From Treponemataceae bacterium (GTDB taxonomy: Bacteria > Spirochaetota > Spirochaetia > Treponematales > Rectinemataceae): a DNA stretch of 64,000 bases. Of this stretch, positions 63,361 to 64,000 are shown piece after piece. The notes below the pieces were generated by a model. That model was given only the letters and a program-made list of their open reading frames with translations, did no database searches and had not been told where the DNA came from. The stretch covers positions 224,001 to 288,000 of the forward strand of contig CAXXHO010000003.1 of assembly GCA_963667725.2 (NCBI GenBank), in the 5' to 3' direction. The position numbers and the translations under genes were made by a program. Position 1 is the stretch's first letter, and the number at the start of each line of letters is the position of its first letter.

Positions 63361-64000
63361 ATGCAGGAAGCCATGGAGAATTTTCCCGCGCCGGTCGGGC
63401 GCCGCATAGACAGGATGACGTCGCCGCGGTTCGCGGAAGCGCTGGAACGCTGCGATACCCTCATTCTTCCGTTGGGATCGGTGGAGCAGACGGGGAAGCA
63501 TTGCCCTCTCGGCACCGATCTATTCGTGGCAGAAGCCGTTTCGGAGTTGCTGGCGGGAAAGGCCGACTGCCTCACGACGGCCCCCATTCCTTATGGTGAC
63601 ACCTTCGAGCTGGATTTCTGGCCTGGAACGGTCCATGTGGAATCGCCCGTACTGGGTTCCTATCTGGAGGCCGTCGCGCGGTCCTTCCTCAAGCAGGGAT
63701 TCGCGAATATCGTTTTCCTCAGCTGCCATTCCCTCAACATGAAGACGGTGGACCTGCTTTGCCGCCGCCTGCACCGGGAAGGCCATGGCGTCTGCGCGAT
63801 AGACTGGTGGAAGGCGGCGGGCGACGCGGCCAGGGGCGGCACCGCTTCGACCGAGCCTTTTGGCCACGGCGGAGAAGTGATCAGTTCCATTATGATGGCC
63901 TTGGCCCCCGAGCTGATGGATCTGGACAGCGCGGAAGACGAGTCTTCCCTGCCCGGTCTGGCGCAGGTGGCGGCCCATCCCCTCGGCTCGGCTTTCGTGG
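63361..64000 (+). CDS. Creatininase-family hydrolase, truncated by window end (not in the ORF track)
   Basis: Open frame MQEAMEN...LPLGSVEQTGKHCPLGTD...WPGT...SCHSLN...GHGGEVISS. Confidence 0.85.
   Translation, partial: MQEAMENFPAPVGRRIDRMTSPRFAEALERCDTLILPLGSVEQTGKHCPLGTDLFVAEAVSELLAGKADCLTTAPIPYGDTFELDFWPGTVHVESPVLGSYLEAVARSFLKQGFANIVFLSCHSLNMKTVDLLCRRLHREGHGVCAIDWWKAAGDAARGGTASTEPFGHGGEVISSIMMALAPELMDLDSAEDESSLPGLAQVAAHPLGSAFV

Overview
GC-rich bacterial chromosomal segment of mostly housekeeping and metabolic genes. It is most likely from a free-living anaerobic spirochaete (inference from the stand-alone mitochondrial-like EF-G, spirochaete-type SH3/TPR lipoproteins, a small beta-barrel OMP and a cyclophilin-FKBP fusion). 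Contents in order: end of a TAXI-TRAP transporter; P5C dehydrogenase with a long leader; a pstSCAB-phoU-phoBR operon with a TTAACA-type Pho box; CAAX protease, lmo0937-like peptide and tRNA-Ala; an ilvN-(ilvC relic)-leuA-cimA-leuB-ilvB operon lacking ilvC/leuCD/ilvD and convergent on azlCD; RNA methyltransferase-zwf-pgl-GH16; fusA with a KaiC/RecA-like gene; PPIase, dCMP deaminase, degenerate YmdB, RseC; oppABCDF; serine hydrolase; ppx-ppk1; ABC-F; an acyltransferase/zinc-ribbon pair; initiator tRNA-Met; several oxidoreductases and a patatin. The right end holds an uncharacterised ROK-controlled catabolic locus (enolase-superfamily enzyme, NitT/TauT-type ABC importer, Gfo/Idh/MocA dehydrogenase, atypical creatininase-family hydrolase, YeiH exporter) that runs off the window. 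No CRISPR array, transposase, integrase or prophage was seen. Top observations: the ROK catabolic locus, the eroded branched-chain amino acid operon with a 27-codon ilvC relic, and repeated apparently leaderless promoters. All calls come from reading motifs by eye; no database search was run.
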